A stretch of 64,000 nucleotides of DNA, from assembly GCF_964355755.1 (NCBI RefSeq), contig NC_092679.1, forward strand, positions 17,839,432 to 17,903,431, written 5' to 3'. The notes beneath the pieces were generated by a model. The model was given only the letters and a program-made list of their open reading frames with translations, was not told the DNA's origin and did no database searches. Position numbers and translations under genes: made by a program. The DNA is from Antedon mediterranea (Eukaryota; Animalia; Echinodermata). Shown here piece after piece: positions 44,524 to 59,794 of the stretch (position 1 is the stretch's first letter; every line of letters starts with the position of its first letter).

Positions 44524-47500
44524 AAATAGAAAATATCATTACTGTTTATATACTCTGATCCACAAAAATGTAAAAGCAATGTGCATGGATTTTTAAGTAG
44601 CATTTATTTCCAAAAAGTGTTGATTTGCATGCAAATGAATTAATAAAGCACCTTTTTTTAAATAAAATAATATATTGAACATATTATTACTATTTTGTAT
44701 CTGTATAAAATATACTATTTCTCTTTGGCATTATTTTACAATCAAAATGATATCTTTCTATTAATGTTGTACTGTATAATCAAAATTACTGTTGCAAAAT
44801 AAATATTTGCTAGGGGTTTCCAATATTACTGGGCTTACTGGAAGAAGACAGAATGCTTTATTGAGAAATGATTTAAAACAGGCCTACTGTATTATAGGCA
44901 CACTGCTTGTAACACCATTATTTACTGTAATCATGGAGGTAACCTCCATGCTATATAATTCATACCATAGGGATACAGTATTATAGTGATTTTAATATCT
45001 ATGTTCATACTTACCATTTCACAGTCGCGCATGAGTGATCTACAACATGAATATGATTTGCATAATATATGATGTGTTGCAATAAATTATCGCATCAAAA
45101 ATGGTGCCAGTAAAATTACAGTAGTTCTCTGTGGTTTTAATATGCAATTTTTATTTGAATAATTTTAATTCTCAAAATGTCCATATATTTTTTCAAATCC
45201 ATTTTTTTCACATAACAGTTTGATAGTGTAGATAGAGCTTCAATGTAGGTGCTTTAGTAAACTCACAGCATATCTTAGTAAGATCTGTTATTGTTGTAAC
45301 ATGTTGTGCAAATGCATCCAGTGTGATTATCATTGTTATTGCTATGAAGTATCATTGCCTGGCAAACCTATCAAATACATGGCAAGAAAATTGTATTCCA
45401 TCTTTTTCTTCTTCTGTGTTACATCCATTGTTACAAACATTCCAGAAATTCTGGTCACCCTTGTCGTAACATTTTATCATAATTTCTCGTACTACACCAA
45501 TGCGGGTACAACTAATTAAAAAGTTGGTCAGTGGGGGATCCAGTGGCTGTAGTCACCAATCACACTAAAGTGAAATATTTCTCTTAAATATTAAGTGTTT
45601 TCGTTAAATTGTATTCACTTAGATAGGAGATTCTCTTAATTTGTTGTTTCCCTTAGCCCAAGTGTGAAGGTGAACACGGCCGAAGGGATAGCAGAAAGGA
45701 CCCTGCTCCCAAGCCCAATATTAACCGAATCTTCATCTAGAGCCTAGACTACCTTGCTTGTGTTAGTATGGTTTATATACTGACCAAATGGACCTCTTGC
45801 TTATTTATGAGCGGTAACAGCAAGGGAGAAAAGAGTATTTATACCAAAAAATTATGTCCATTACAGTACACAGAATGTGGAGTGGACAGGCGGTTGAGCG
45901 GAAACCTGCTCAGGATAGATACAGATTCTATGTGGGACAAGCTATGTGGTTTTCCGCTTACCGTTACCACTCGTCTGTGTAAATTGGGAGCGGAATGATG
46001 ATCAACGGATCTGTGAATAAAATCAAACTCCTACTGAAAACAGTGTTGTCATTTGTTCTACATAATGAATTTATTAAAAACACTATAATCAGCTAAATAT
46101 TCATACATCATTGGGTTAAACCATGGTTTGAAACACAGTGCCATTATCTGGCTACAATATAACAAGAACACCCCTTCACAAAAACGAAGACTTCAAAGCT
46201 CAACAAACATTAAATTTTACAACAAAAATAACTTGTTTTTTTTTCTTGCTGAGCTAAATTCCTATATCGGATCCAATATTGATTTAATTTACAATTTTTA
46301 CAATCAAAGACACCACAGCTTGTGGTGGAGTCGGGGTATCAAAATAAAGTTATCTCTTGCACGCAACCAAAACATATAAACAATATGTTGTACAGTAAAA
46401 TGCACACAACTTTCATCCAAAATTACCTATGTGGAGATTATAGCAAAATGATTATTGTAGGTGCATCAAAAACCTATAGACGCTTCATCCTACAAAATTG
46501 TACTACTACACCAATCACCTTTGACCTCTATTCAGATTTTTCTTTTCTTCTGATTTTTAAGATCCAAATATACAATTCCACATTTACATAAGTAGTCAGG
46601 TGATATAAATAATCAATAATGTTAATTAACAATACAATAATGATAAAAATAATAAAATAGTATTCAATAATAATAACATAATGACTATGATTATAAAAAT
46701 AATATACTCTTATAAACAAAAACAACTGTACATACAATTATTTAAGTTTTATCAAGGTGTAACTAGTTAATTAGCATTTAGTTTTTTTAAATTTTTGTTT
46801 TTTTAATTTTTTATATCCCCTTTTTTACATGTGTTCGTAACATTATTAAGTGAATTTAATATACAGTATAACCTTTAGTTCTCTTAAATATAATGTATAT
46901 ATATAATAAATATTGTTTTATTTTTTGGTGATTCAATTAGTAAAGCTAAAAATATTGTGTTAGACTAAATTGTTTATCTAAATAATACAAATGTGACCTA
47001 AAGAATTTCTCAACATTTTGAAATTCAATAGAAAAATGTAAACAAAACAAAGTAAATATAAATTTCATAAATACATATATCAATAATGTTGTCATTTGAA
47101 ATATTTATATAAATGTATTTATAATATTTTATATAATTATTTTCAAATATACAGAATACTAATTGGTGTTTGGGAGATGTGATTTTCATTCAATTTCAAA
47201 GGAAAGGTACAGATTTCATATCAGTAACATTGTACCTTTAAATGTTCATTTTTTTGGAGAGTTCCTTTATTAACACCCTCCAAAATAAAGGACCTTGGTT
47301 AATTTCACAACTACGATCTTCAGAATAAACTTTAATACAACTGGTATAATGTTACTTGCTATGTAATGAATACATCATTCTATTTTTAACATTTTAAATA
47401 AAGGTTATAGCGCCCTCTATTTGTTAGTGCAGGGGAACGAAAGCATTGTCATTGAATTGATTATTCCTTGCATATTACATTATATAAGCTATTTATTTTA

Positions 47501-47584
47501 TGCAAAAAGTGCTCTTCATGCTTGCTTAATGCCTCTGATAAACTCTACCAATTAGTTTGCATAGCAGGTCATGACCTGTAACCT

Positions 47585-50500
47585 TTAACCTCTGGTGATA
47601 AGCTCATTCTCATTTGGGTGCACTCGTGAATACATCTATAAAGAAAAGAAAAAAAATTAAATATACATTGAATGTAAAAATTCATTCAAGGATGCTAAAG
47701 CTTTGTCTAAACTATCAAACTAGTTTGACAAAAAAAGTGTGTTGTGCCCAAATATGGTAGTGATATGACATCATCATATTCATATATGGGCACATCATAT
47801 TTTTTTGTCACATAAAGTTTGATAGTTGATGTCAAAAACTTGCATATCCAGGGCATGTCGACATATTCCTATCAACATACAAAAAATGCTGATAGTAGAA
47901 CATTTCCTTTGGGACACTTCTATTCAAGGAAACCTCTAGTAAGGGGACACTTATGAAACAAACAAGGGATATTATATGTTTTAACACTATGGCCAACCCC
48001 TTTTGTTCCAAAAGGTGTCCCCTTAATAGGGGTTCTACTGTATACTTATCAATACTAAAATAAGTATATCTTACCCCTAAGAAATTTCTTGGTACATAGC
48101 CCTCTTTATTGTCAGTCATCCTCTTGGCCCACCACCATTCATTCTCTTCTGCATCTCCACGCTTTAGAACATGGAACTCCTCGCCATCTTCAAAGCTTAG
48201 CTCATCAGGAGAGACGGCATCGTAGTCATAAACTGCATAAGATCTGCTTCCGTTGACCTCTCCAAGATCATTCTGTACACCTGTAACATAGAAGACAAAA
48301 TACTGTAAAATTTGTACCCGACTTTAATATTAAGGCATCTAGGCAATAGCAATGGTGGATAAAGGCCAACGAGCCCGACGAAACTTCTTGGCTCGTCGGT
48401 GGTGTCATCTTGAGATAGCGTTGTGTGTGATTTTTAGGTCATCGCAACAACTTTAAACATATTTAATTTTCTCTTGACAAGACAACTTCTTGTGCGACAT
48501 TGTTTGAGTTGGCCTTAAGAAGCAGATAATTTTATCTGAATTAGAGAATGTGCTCCCGAGGTATTCCATTCCTAAGACCCTTTTAAGTAATGTGATGCCT
48601 CATTACAGAAGCCTTGAAGAGGGATGGAAATTACAAAGCTGTTTATTTCAAGTACATTATATACAGACTAAACCGATCATAATTTTATTTTCATAAATTT
48701 ACAATTTATAAAACTGACATACAGACAAACTTACCATACAAATACTGAGAGCAATCTAGGTAGCCATCTTCACCTTCTTCGCATTTCTGAGCTGCCGTTT
48801 CCTTGTCGCTAATGGTGGCAGCAAATATACTAGCACCCTTCTCCACTAACAACTGAACCATCTCTCGGCTGTTACACGAGGCTGCACAATGTAATGGTGT
48901 CCTATGAAAGAGAAATGATTAGCAAACCAATTAGCAGCTTCGTAGATGAAAAAGTAAACAAATTTTATCATGATCACATATAGTTTAAAATAAAGAATTT
49001 AGCCACTGGCAGCACTCCATCCCGACCACCTGACAGCCCAGCTAATGAATGCGAGCTTCGCAAGCATGAACCCCCTGTCGGGAAAATTCTGCACCAACAC
49101 CGAATTTGGTAAAGAAATATAAATAGCACTCACCATCCATCACTGTCTGCAGCATTGACATCACATCCCCAGTCAAGGAGGAAGTTGACAATTTCAAAGT
49201 GACCAGCACAGATTGCATTGTGCACTGCAGTTATACCCTCGTCATTTGCTGCACTGGGGTTTAATACCTAAAAAACAATGACAGTTTTCATTAATAATTA
49301 TTATTATCTTGCTTTTCTGTGTAAATAATTATGGTGAACTCTGTTTCTATCTTAATGATAAATGAGTCCATTGGTATTTATACAGCATACCATAAAGTGT
49401 ACACTATCAAACTACTTTGACAAAATAAATGTGATGTGCCCAAATATGGTGGGGATATGTCCAAATATGGTAGGGATATATCCATATTTGGGCACATCAC
49501 TTTTTTTGTCACATAAAGTTTGATAGTGTAGACAGAGCTTAAGACTTTATTGTCAATGAATAGGGATCTTTTCCATTGATGCAAGGCAAATTTAAGTGTA
49601 CAGCCTTAAGGAAACAAATCGATAACTTATGGTAATATTATCAGAGTCAATGACAAGGACAACATACAGTTCCGAGTATAGATAAAAATAGATTATTAAT
49701 GAATACTTACATCAGGCATAATACGTCTGACAAGATCATATTCCCCTTCTAACGATGCATCCAGTAGCAATGCCAACGGATCGAACCTAACCCTCTGGGG
49801 CTTGGATACATAGTTTTTCTTAATAACGTTGCTCTTTGTAGGGACTTTCTTCAAGGCCTCAAGACCGTTTGAGTTGGCTGACTGGGAGAAGGCTGGCATG
49901 TATGGCTTGTTGTTTTCCTTTTTCTCAACTGGTTTAGGAATGGCAGGTGGTGAAGGTGGCTTAGCCACAGATTTCGCATCGAGCGATGTCTCTTTCAACA
50001 TTGCAGGTGGTTTTGTTTTCTCGGTGACAGCTTCTGCTTGTTGAGGTTGCGAAGGCATTCCAGAACCCTTGTTCATTGAATCTAACTCTTGTCTGGAGAC
50101 ACCCTGGTAGAGTATCATCTTCCTGAAGGAATCGGCAGGGTTTTGATGATCAAACTCAAACGCTGGTTTATTATCTGGTTGATAGAATGTGTTAGGATAT
50201 TTATTAAGGAATGGATAGCATTCTTTGTCTTCAGAATGCGAGAATCGTTTCTTCAGTGGTCGTGGCATCATGTGAAGCTTTTCCATTTCAACTCTGCTGT
50301 GAACAGGACCAGAGCTGTAGTTCATTCCACCAGGGTACGCATGAGGTGCGTCGCTGTCATCAGATATCTCCTCCCGTTCTTCCAACGTCTCTGGGTAATT
50401 TCCATGAGGAGGGTAGTAACCTTGATGGTGGGGCATGTTCCTTGATGGGAGAGGGAGTTGACGACCTTGGCTATCAAGAGTTTGTTGGTCATAAACAGCA

Positions 50501-53500
50501 TTGCCATCTTGGAATTCTGGTGGTGCAGGATACACTCCAACAGTGGCATCCGTTCTTTTATGATTAATAGCTGTTAACTTACTATCTACCGCTGTGCTGT
50601 TCGCTTCAGTGTAGAACGGTGTTCCAGTCTGACTGCCTGGTCTTGAGTTATAATAACTATTAGGAACACTTTGGGATGAACTGACCTGAGGATTCTGCCT
50701 GTGAGTGGTTAGTGGAGAAGGAGGTTTGGTACCTTGAGGATTGTAGACTGGTGTTTCCTTATTGGGTGAGCTTTGCATTTTGTCATAGGGTACTGTTGGT
50801 TTGACTGGGCCTGTCTGTTTAGTGTTTTGTGACATGCCAGGTTTCTGGTCATACGTCAATTTAGTTGACAAGCTCTTTGGAGGTACTTTAGGAGGCTGCT
50901 TCTTTCCAGGAGAAGGTGCAGGTTTAGTCGTAGTCGGTGGTGGTTTGGGTTTAGAATTCAGTGCAGTGTTTCCTCTCTGCGTTGGGCTTGACCTTGCCGC
51001 TGGAGGCAAGTTAGATCCAGGTAGTGTCCGCAAAGGATGTCCATCCGCCTCTTGTCGGTTCTCATTTCCAATTTGCGAAGGGGAAGTTCTTGCTTCAGTG
51101 GACTTTCCACGTATTGGCTGATTGGTCATACCAGATCCACTGGCACTATCTAAACTTGAGTTCTCAGTAAGAGATGAAGTATCACTGCCACTGTTTTCGT
51201 TGACACCTTCGGGTTGACCTCTAACCCCAGGAATACCTGATTGGTTAGGAAACGGAGCTCTTTGCCCCATCGGGCTGGCAGCTGGTGAAGCACTAGCTGA
51301 ACCAGATTGTGGCGATTGTTGCCCGTAAAACATCTGACCAACCGGAACTCTACCATTTGTCGCCTGGTACTGGTTCTGTTGGTAGTACCTGCTGTTTTGA
51401 GATGGGTATCCTCTGGTGTCAGCACCATTCGGTTTTCTACTATTGAGATAGTTTTGATTAACACCATTAGAATGGTATATACCATTCACTGAGCCATTTG
51501 GTAGAGTTCTTATATTGTTGTTGTTAGTAGAATAAGGACTAATGCTTTGTTGCATAGATCGTTTCTTCCGCAATCTTTCAGTCAGTTCTGCAATACGTTT
51601 GTCTACAACTGCCATTTCCTCCTTGCGAGTTTTTAAATATTCCTTCTGGTGTTCTACCTTGTTACTTTGTTCCTCATTGAGTTTATTCCGTAACTATATA
51701 TAAAAAAGTAAAAACAAAATTCATTATGGAAAAAAGAAGATTCAAGAACAGTTTGATTTATAAATCTCTGTCTACACTATCAAACTTTATGTGACAAAAA
51801 ATGTGACCATATATAGACACAATGATGCTATATCACTACCATATTTAGCCAAATCACACATTTTTGGTCAAACTGTTAGTGTAGACAGAGCTTTACTCTG
51901 TTACTTTCAATCTGAGAAAGAACTTCTGAAAATTCAATATTTGTTCATAAAAAATAAAATTGTGTTTGCTAGATTATTTTTTCCATTTCCTAGGAATATT
52001 TCACCTGAAAACTTGTTCAACTTTGTCTACACTATCAAACTTTATGTAACAAGAAAATGTGATGTGCCTATATATGGACACTATGATGCCATATCATACC
52101 ATATTTGAGTATATCACTATCATATTTGGGCACATCACACTTTTTTTGATAGTTTGACAGTGTAGACAGAGCTTTGAACTTTGGATGTAGAGATATTATT
52201 CAACAGATTTAACAATAACCAATTTGACAGAATGTTGCTGTAATTTACTCAAAATAGTAAGCATTTTGTTTACCATGTAAAGATTGAATTATTCTTTCTG
52301 AAACCTAATTGATACTAAAAATAAGCATCAATAAAGTACAATAAGAAAGTGACACACATGTACTTTCATAAACAACACATCAGTTATACACTTATTCAGC
52401 TTAAGTTTCTGATTTATTACATATTTATAGTTGAATATAAATTATCCACCATATTTAGCTTTCTACTCTTTGTTCAGCTCCAGCAGCAAAACAATTCTCA
52501 AGACAACCGAAGGAGGATCAAAGATTAAAGATAATTGGATCATGAAGTCAAATTGAAGGGATTGTGACCAATCACATGAGAGTTGACCTAGATTTATGTC
52601 TCTCTATGACTTGATAAATCTTACAATTTTGTACCATTGATCTAATTTAATAAATTAAGTTTAGTTCATATTAGTTTATTACCAATTTACAGGGATTATT
52701 ACTAAGCTGATTTGTTTTCAAATCAATCAAAGATAACAGTGAATGATGATGACAGAATGATATGGTTTTTGTTCAATTAAAGCTGCGTTCACACTAAGTC
52801 AAATTCCAATCTAGTGGCTAGATAAAATCCATGAAAAATGAACCGTTTTTTTTTATAGACAATATTTAATGAGGGTGATCCATCTAGCAATTGCTGATCA
52901 TTAGACCCCTCAGAGGTTCACAAGACAAACATATACACAATATGCTATATAAACAAAGTCTTATTACAAGTCGTTTGGAGTGGAGTTGTACTTTTGTCCT
53001 TAGAAAAAATCCTGACATGTGACGGGACTTAAACCCAGGACCCTTGGGGTGGTAGCCATGTATCATAACCACCAAGCCACAACTCCACTTCACACAAACC
53101 GATTCCGGATTTATTAAGAAACAAGAAACGTATGTGAGTGATTGAAAAATGTAACATATCCCAGTGTCTTCTCATACCACCCGATTGAATTTGGCTTTAA
53201 GTGCGAATGTTATAATATACATTCATTGTAGATTGATTGTTAATTTTTAGTTGTGTACATAACAATGTAAACAGAATTGCATTAGGGATTGCACTATAAT
53301 CATGGGAATAGAGATAATCTAAACAAAGATATACAACACGTTCATCGTATTCAATTATAATTAGGGCGCATCAAAATACCAGTTTTTCAACATTTTAGCG
53401 AATAATAAGCTACGTATTTTGTATTCATGTAACGATAAGTTTTGCTTTCCCAGGCAAATTTTTTTATTGTACTTAATAAAGCTAATAAAAACATTTATTA

Positions 53501-56500
53501 TAAAGAAGGCCTCTCCAAGTCAGGTAACTGCTATAGTGAATTTGTTAGAGGTACTTTCTTAAAATAAAGTTTAATGAACAAATAAAAAATTAACATAAAA
53601 TTATATAATAAAATATTACACATACCAGTAGATCTTTCCTTAGTCTGTCCAGCTCCACAGACTGCAAGGGATTTTTACTGTTGCCATTAACATAGTTAAT
53701 ATTGCCTGTACGCATATCTTCCAACTGTCTTGTCAAATCCTCGACCTTTGACACGGCGAGGGCGAGCTCTTTCTCCTTTTCAGCGAACAAAGAACGCACT
53801 TCATCCAATTCAGAAGCTGTAAAAAGTTTTAGAAACAAATTTTATTTTAGGCAGCTTTTTAAGACTTTTCCATGACACGCCAACATTGTTGTCAATGTTA
53901 TTGGGACTAGACTGGTGATATTTATAGTTTTCACATTTCAATTCTTTAAACAATTTTAAAAAGCATACTAGAGCCTTTATTCATATTAACAAAAAATATA
54001 ATACAATATTACATAATTTATTAATATCATAATAAGACTTTTATACAATATTTGATTGATTATAAAGAAAAACAAATTTATGACAACTCAAATTTCTAAC
54101 AAAGTCTAAAAAACAAGTTTGACTTACATAAATTATTATTAGTTGTCTTTGTCGTCTCGACCTGACCTCGTAATGCATGTAGCTTGCGGATTTTCTGCTC
54201 CTGCATCTCGGTTCTTTCTCTTAATTTACGCATACGGTCATTTTCCGAGGTAACATGCTAAAAGAAAAAAAATATATTAAGCTGAAAAGATTTATCTCGG
54301 AAGATATGTAGTCACGTTGGCTACATTTAACAAGGTCTGGGTAGTAGAGAAGTTAGAAAATTAATAGACAATATGTCTATACACATTATTGTATTACATT
54401 CTCTGTAGAAATTAATCTGAATTAATTGGTCTGAAATTAATGGTAAGAATGAATCAACAGTATAATATGACTACAAAGACATTTACAACTTAAATAATAA
54501 TCTATGGAATGTTTTAAGCATTTCCTAGGAATTTACTAACAAATTTAATTTACTCTTGCTAATAATTTATACAAATATTTATAGATGCAACAGATAAAAA
54601 CTGCAATGGAAATGCATTCTTTAATTCAGTTTATATTATTGTAAATGTATTTAATATTCTAAAATCAATTTAGAACAGTTAAATTGATTTTTCTCAGTGA
54701 TATTTTAGTTTCTGTATAGGCTCAATATCATATTTTGGATTGTCTTGAAAGTAGAGTTTTTACTAGATAAAATCTCTTAATTAGACTATTACCAGTTGCT
54801 TGAACAAAATTAGACCCATTTTAAAACATGGCTTCAGGATACACAACACAGTAATTTAACTAATTACCATTATTATGTATCTAAAACATATTTTGGCCTT
54901 GTAATGTACTGTTTATGAATGCATGTTTTATGGTATCTTAAAGCCCCATTCCCTACGTTTTTTAGATCTAATTTAAGATCACAAACTATATTTAATGTAA
55001 AAATAATACTATATGGTCCTATTGCGATAACTTTTTTCGTCTTTAAACGGTTAAAAATGTGAAAAATAAATCGATTTTAATAATTATAGCGGCCCGCTAT
55101 AAATCCCAAAATGCATTGCGCGCGGATTGATATTGTTGTTTTTCACCTGTAATTCGCCCACTTTTCGATCGATCGTGAAGCCAAAACAAATGGAAGACTC
55201 CTAACTTTTCAGCGAAAATACCGGGTTTTCCCCAATTTGTATCAACGGAGTCTGGCAAAAATAGAAAGACAATTAATGCAGCAACTATACAACGTCAGGC
55301 TAGGTATATAGCTAGCGTACGATGTTCGTACGTTACCAATGTTTACCAGCTAGGCCTACAAAACTAAGCCTAGCTAGGCTAGGCCTGAGACCGTCCACGA
55401 GAGGTCGATCGCCGCGAGCTACTTAGGTAGTGCATTGTTTCTCACTTTTTATCATAATTTACCATAAAACGTACATTTAAGACAAGGAATGACATGGTTT
55501 AATGTTTTTAAAGTGATATATATGTATTATTTTCCAAAAAACGTCCAAAATTGCAGGGAAGGGGTCTTTAAGCAACATTTTGTTTTCCTTTTACTTCATG
55601 AGATATTCCAATTAATATCTTAATTATCAGTCTAGTATGTTTCACAATTACTCTGTGTGGTGTTTGACAAAACTACAGTAGTACAGTTACTGTATTATTA
55701 TTTACAGGCAGAAATCTGTTATATACCTATTACCTGCTATTAACAAACACATTGGTTTATTGTTTATCAACAACACGCAAAATAATACAAATTTTGAATT
55801 ATGAAACTGTGCTTGTGCAAAGCGAAAAGAAAGATGTGTCATGTCAATTCTATTCATAGATTCAAATATCAACAATGACTGTTTAAACCGACACATTTAC
55901 ATTCTCACTGTACAAACCATTTTAAAACGTTTGCACACGAGAAAACCCATCTGCTAATCGTTCAACCATAAAGAATTCAAACGGCTACTATTATGTAACT
56001 TGTATTGACTATCAATATTCTAGTTCAGGTCATTCATTCATCGGACAATGATTAACACGATGGACACTATTTGCCGCGATGAATCATCCTGGCAAACTTA
56101 GAAATTCTCACAAACTTGAATTTATTTACAATTAATCATCTATTTGATTTAGTAAATCATTAATCAAACTAATTTAGGAATACAGTACATTTTTTTTGCA
56201 ATATTTTAGAGTTGACCAAACAGCAATACCTTAACAACAAAGTGAAATATGGTATTGTTGCAATACAGTACACATTCTAATTTACTTTAATTTACAGCGA
56301 TTTCTTTTTTCTTACTTTTTAAAATTTAATTTTCTTTTATTTTTAAGGTTCCAAGTTTTCAATTGGGTCGGGTACTTTTTCTCTCTCACAAATGTCCCTA
56401 ATTTCCACGGCAAAAAAGAATGGCAACAAATTGTATAACAACAACGAAGATATACAATACAGAGGACGTCCATTGTCAAATTGTTCTCTTTTTACTTTAC

Positions 56501-58254
56501 AGCTCTACACACTTTACTCCTGACAAAAACCAATAGTACTTTCACTTTATGATTCCACATCTGCCCTAAACAAAATGGAGGATCACTCCATAATATTTAA
56601 TTTTTCTTTAAAAGAGGTCCTAATTGTCTTGAATTAAAAAGGCCTCAAACAAAGAAGATTATGATTCAATGTTTATAATTAGCGATACATTCAGTGTCGA
56701 ATTTATAAACAAACGACTGTTCGTATCGCAGAAACAATTGCACTTAATTAAGAATAACGGTAGGAGCTCGCAATAGAGAAGTGGAGTGGAAGGATAAGGT
56801 TACATACGCTGCATGAAGGAACAACAGATGCTGGTTGCAAAGAACAAGGCATTGGTATGACTATCATCAACAGGGTACATATCGATATGATTAGCAATAG
56901 CACAGATACAATTACAACACTTAAAATTAGAACAACGAAATGGAAACAGTCAAGTAGTTTACATTAGAAGTCAATTATTAGAGTAAACAATTTATGAATG
57001 TAGAAAATCCTTTGGGACACCCTTATTAAAGGGTGTTAATGGGGTACCCCTATCAAGAAGGGACACTCCTCCTAGTAAGCAGACACTTTCTGTTTTTTTT
57101 TAACAAGGGAAATACAGGTATACAGTATTCTAACCACTACGGGTATTCAAAGGTGAACTTTTACTTTGTTGGGTCCTAATATGTCCCCTTAATACAGTAG
57201 GCTTTACTGTGATAGCATGTCTCACCATAAATCTAATACAGTAGTTTAGAAAATGTCATCAATTTACCAATGTACTAAAATCTGTTTTATATTAATCCAG
57301 CATATAAATTTATAAATTGCAGTTTGGTACACAAAAACTGTACAGTTTAGTTCAATGAAAAAAGGGGAAAATATGAGTTTTTCAATAAATTTCCTAAATA
57401 AATGATGTACAGTATATCTAAACGTGTTTATTATTTCTTAAATTCCAAAGACTAAAATGCAACAATAGTATAAATTCCAGCGAGTTTGACAATTGTTGAT
57501 GTGCATTCATTTGCAAAATTCCACATTGCCAAAAGACAAGATACAGTCACAGTAATATGCATACAGTATTATATTATACTGTATTGTAAGGACAGAACAA
57601 TCTAGAAACTTATTATTACATAATTAATATGATGTGGAGGATTCCTTCGTGATGTAACTATACTATGACCATGGAGAAATGATTTCTCTATGTTATGACT
57701 AAACCAATTAGGGAGGGTATAGTATACAGTATAATTAATGATGATACAGGATTAAATGTTACTGTACTCATACTGAATCTATCACTGTAAACAAGTAATT
57801 AATTACACTGGAATAATTTTCTATTTTAAAATATGATATTTAACCTACATTTCTTCAAACCGATATCAACAAGGGTCGTCTTTTTACAAAATATTATTAT
57901 TGGTAATCATCCCCCTTTCTCTCAACATTACTCAAAATAATAAAAGTGAAACGGAGGCGCTGTATTGTACTTTCTTGCGCTTAGTACCAATTAACCCCAC
58001 AATGCAATGTGCAAAGCATTATCGCATTCAGCAGTTAGTCACTGCATGGATTGAAAATCAGAGGATCATTTCATAAAATCATAAATTACAATTTTAATAA
58101 TATTGCTTACCTGATGTTTCTTCTCTTGTTGTTTAAGAAATTTTAAACGTTGTTGTTTAGCAGCTAGGGCTTGTTGTTGACTTTCTATCTGTTGCTGTTG
58201 CCGATTGGCCATTTGTTGTAAGTCCTGGTACGACATGTCTACGCCTTGTGGAGC
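47585..58254 (-). CDS. ASPP family protein (apoptosis-stimulating of p53; TP53BP2/PPP1R13B-like); N-terminal exons not found in the window
   Basis: Exons 58111-58254, 54128-54257, 53626-53816, 49711-51693, 49134-49267, 48735-48901, 48075-48280, 47585-47635. They give a Q-rich coiled coil, a Pro-rich region, [18 protein letters not shown], ankyrin repeats ([31 protein letters not shown]) and an SH3 ([19 protein letters not shown]). Confidence 0.93.
49399..49539. mobile_element. Hairpin MITE (AGCTCTGTCTACAC family), ASPP intron
   Basis: ACACTATCAAAC...GTTTGATAGTGTAGACAGAGCT-TAA. Confidence 0.8.
52900..53092 (-). mobile_element. tRNA-derived SINE-like copy
   Basis: Minus strand reads GTGGAGTTGTGGCTTGGTGGTT...GGTCCTGGGTTTAAGTCCC...CTCCACTCCA, shared with 18488-18700. 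Confidence 0.55.
54942..55567. mobile_element. TTAA-flanked non-autonomous DNA transposon (Kolobok/piggyBac-like)
   Basis: TTAA|AGCCCCATTCCCTACG ... TGCAGGGAAGGGGTCT|TTAA. The interior is CpG-rich in contrast to the surrounding intron. Confidence 0.65.
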
Positions 58255-59794
58255 CTGAAAAATACAAACAAGAACTTTATCTAATTTTTATTCAGATGAA
58301 CACACGAAAATATTGGCAAGAGATCGGAGATGAAGTGTTTTTCAGCAAAAAGTTCCAACTTGTGATACAATGAAAGCTTTGTAATAAATAACGTAATCGA
58401 AAATCCAGCATTTTAAGATCACTTCCTTAGAAAGGTACTGTAGGTGCACATTAAGTTGCAGTACTAAATAATAACATGAAAATTATATAGAAAGTACATA
58501 GAAAACCTGGAAATATGAATCTATTAATAAACATGTTTACTAAACAAAGTTTTAAAGTCTACCTTACCAACACAATCTTATCAAACATAATCCCTCTTTC
58601 AAAGATAATCTCAAGCTATAAAAAATTAGCAACATGTAACAAGCCAGCCTGAGGAACGACTGGAGATGTTACATGTGCATTGGCAACTACAGCCTATACA
58701 CAAGATGAATAATCAATTTGCAGCGCGTGCTGAACAGTAATCCACAAAAAACCGCAATGTCTCCTCAAACATCCGCTGCACATGTCTAACTAAACCACAT
58801 CTGCGCGTTTAATACACAATTCACCCGCATTTTCTCCACGGATGAACGCACAAACGTAAATACATCAAACACGTCTTTGCGCACAATTCTCCGAGGCAGA
58901 AATAATTCAATTTTCAGGTGCGTTACCAAGTACAACTAGTGGTTTGAATACAGCTTTTGTTGTTCGCTGGACAGAACAAAAACAGCTAGTATGAACGGCA
59001 AGCGCGATTGTTTATTTTAAAGCTTAAACACTTACTAAAATATGCAAATGACCTAAATAAGAATTAATCTCTTTAAAATACAACTTGTAGCATTTAGTAC
59101 AGTAGATTAATACTATTAAAAAACACCTTAAACATAAATATATATTTTGTCTTTAGTATATGTACAGGTACAGCAGTACTTAATATGCTGTATAACAATT
59201 TACTGTTACTGTGTTGAAAAATAACAAACTCTATTAATTTATAGTTTATAATAATTTTCATAATTTTTTATTTAATAACACAAAATTTAAACCTGCAGCT
59301 GACAAAACATCTGTTATTAATAGTTTCATTAATTTCTTAATCTTTTAAGCTGTAAGCGTTAATACCCTTTGAAAACAAGACACAGACATGGGTCAGAATT
59401 AATAAGCTGTTTTTCAGACAATAGAATCAAAGTATAAACTTATATCATGTAACAGTTTAAGAATTGGAAGTCAGGAAATGTAAGTGACCAAAGCAAAATC
59501 GTAGGTGTCACTTTACACAAAATCTGCTTGAAAAAGTGAAAGTTAATACTCAGGATTAATTCTAAGTTTGTTATTCAGGTGTTTTGTATATTTAATGTCA
59601 ATTTTATCAACTAAAATCAAAATGTTATTAGAAATAATGATTTATTATGAGAAATTATTTCTTGAAAACAAGATTCTAGGAATGATATTATACAGTATAT
59701 GAAAGTAACATTGCAACATTAATTTTTTTTAGTTTCATTTACCTTCTATGTTGTTAAATTAGGAAATCAGAAGCAATTCCAGAGTGAAATTGAA

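Noticed and set aside
49829-51492. Overlapping and antisense ORFs within the large ASPP exon
   Set aside because: They are shadow ORFs of a 1983-nt coding exon with no recognisable motifs.
55702-55896. 64-aa minus-strand ORF as an extra ASPP exon
   Set aside because: Its best donor is phase 1 while the next exon needs phase 0, and it shows no ASPP-like sequence.
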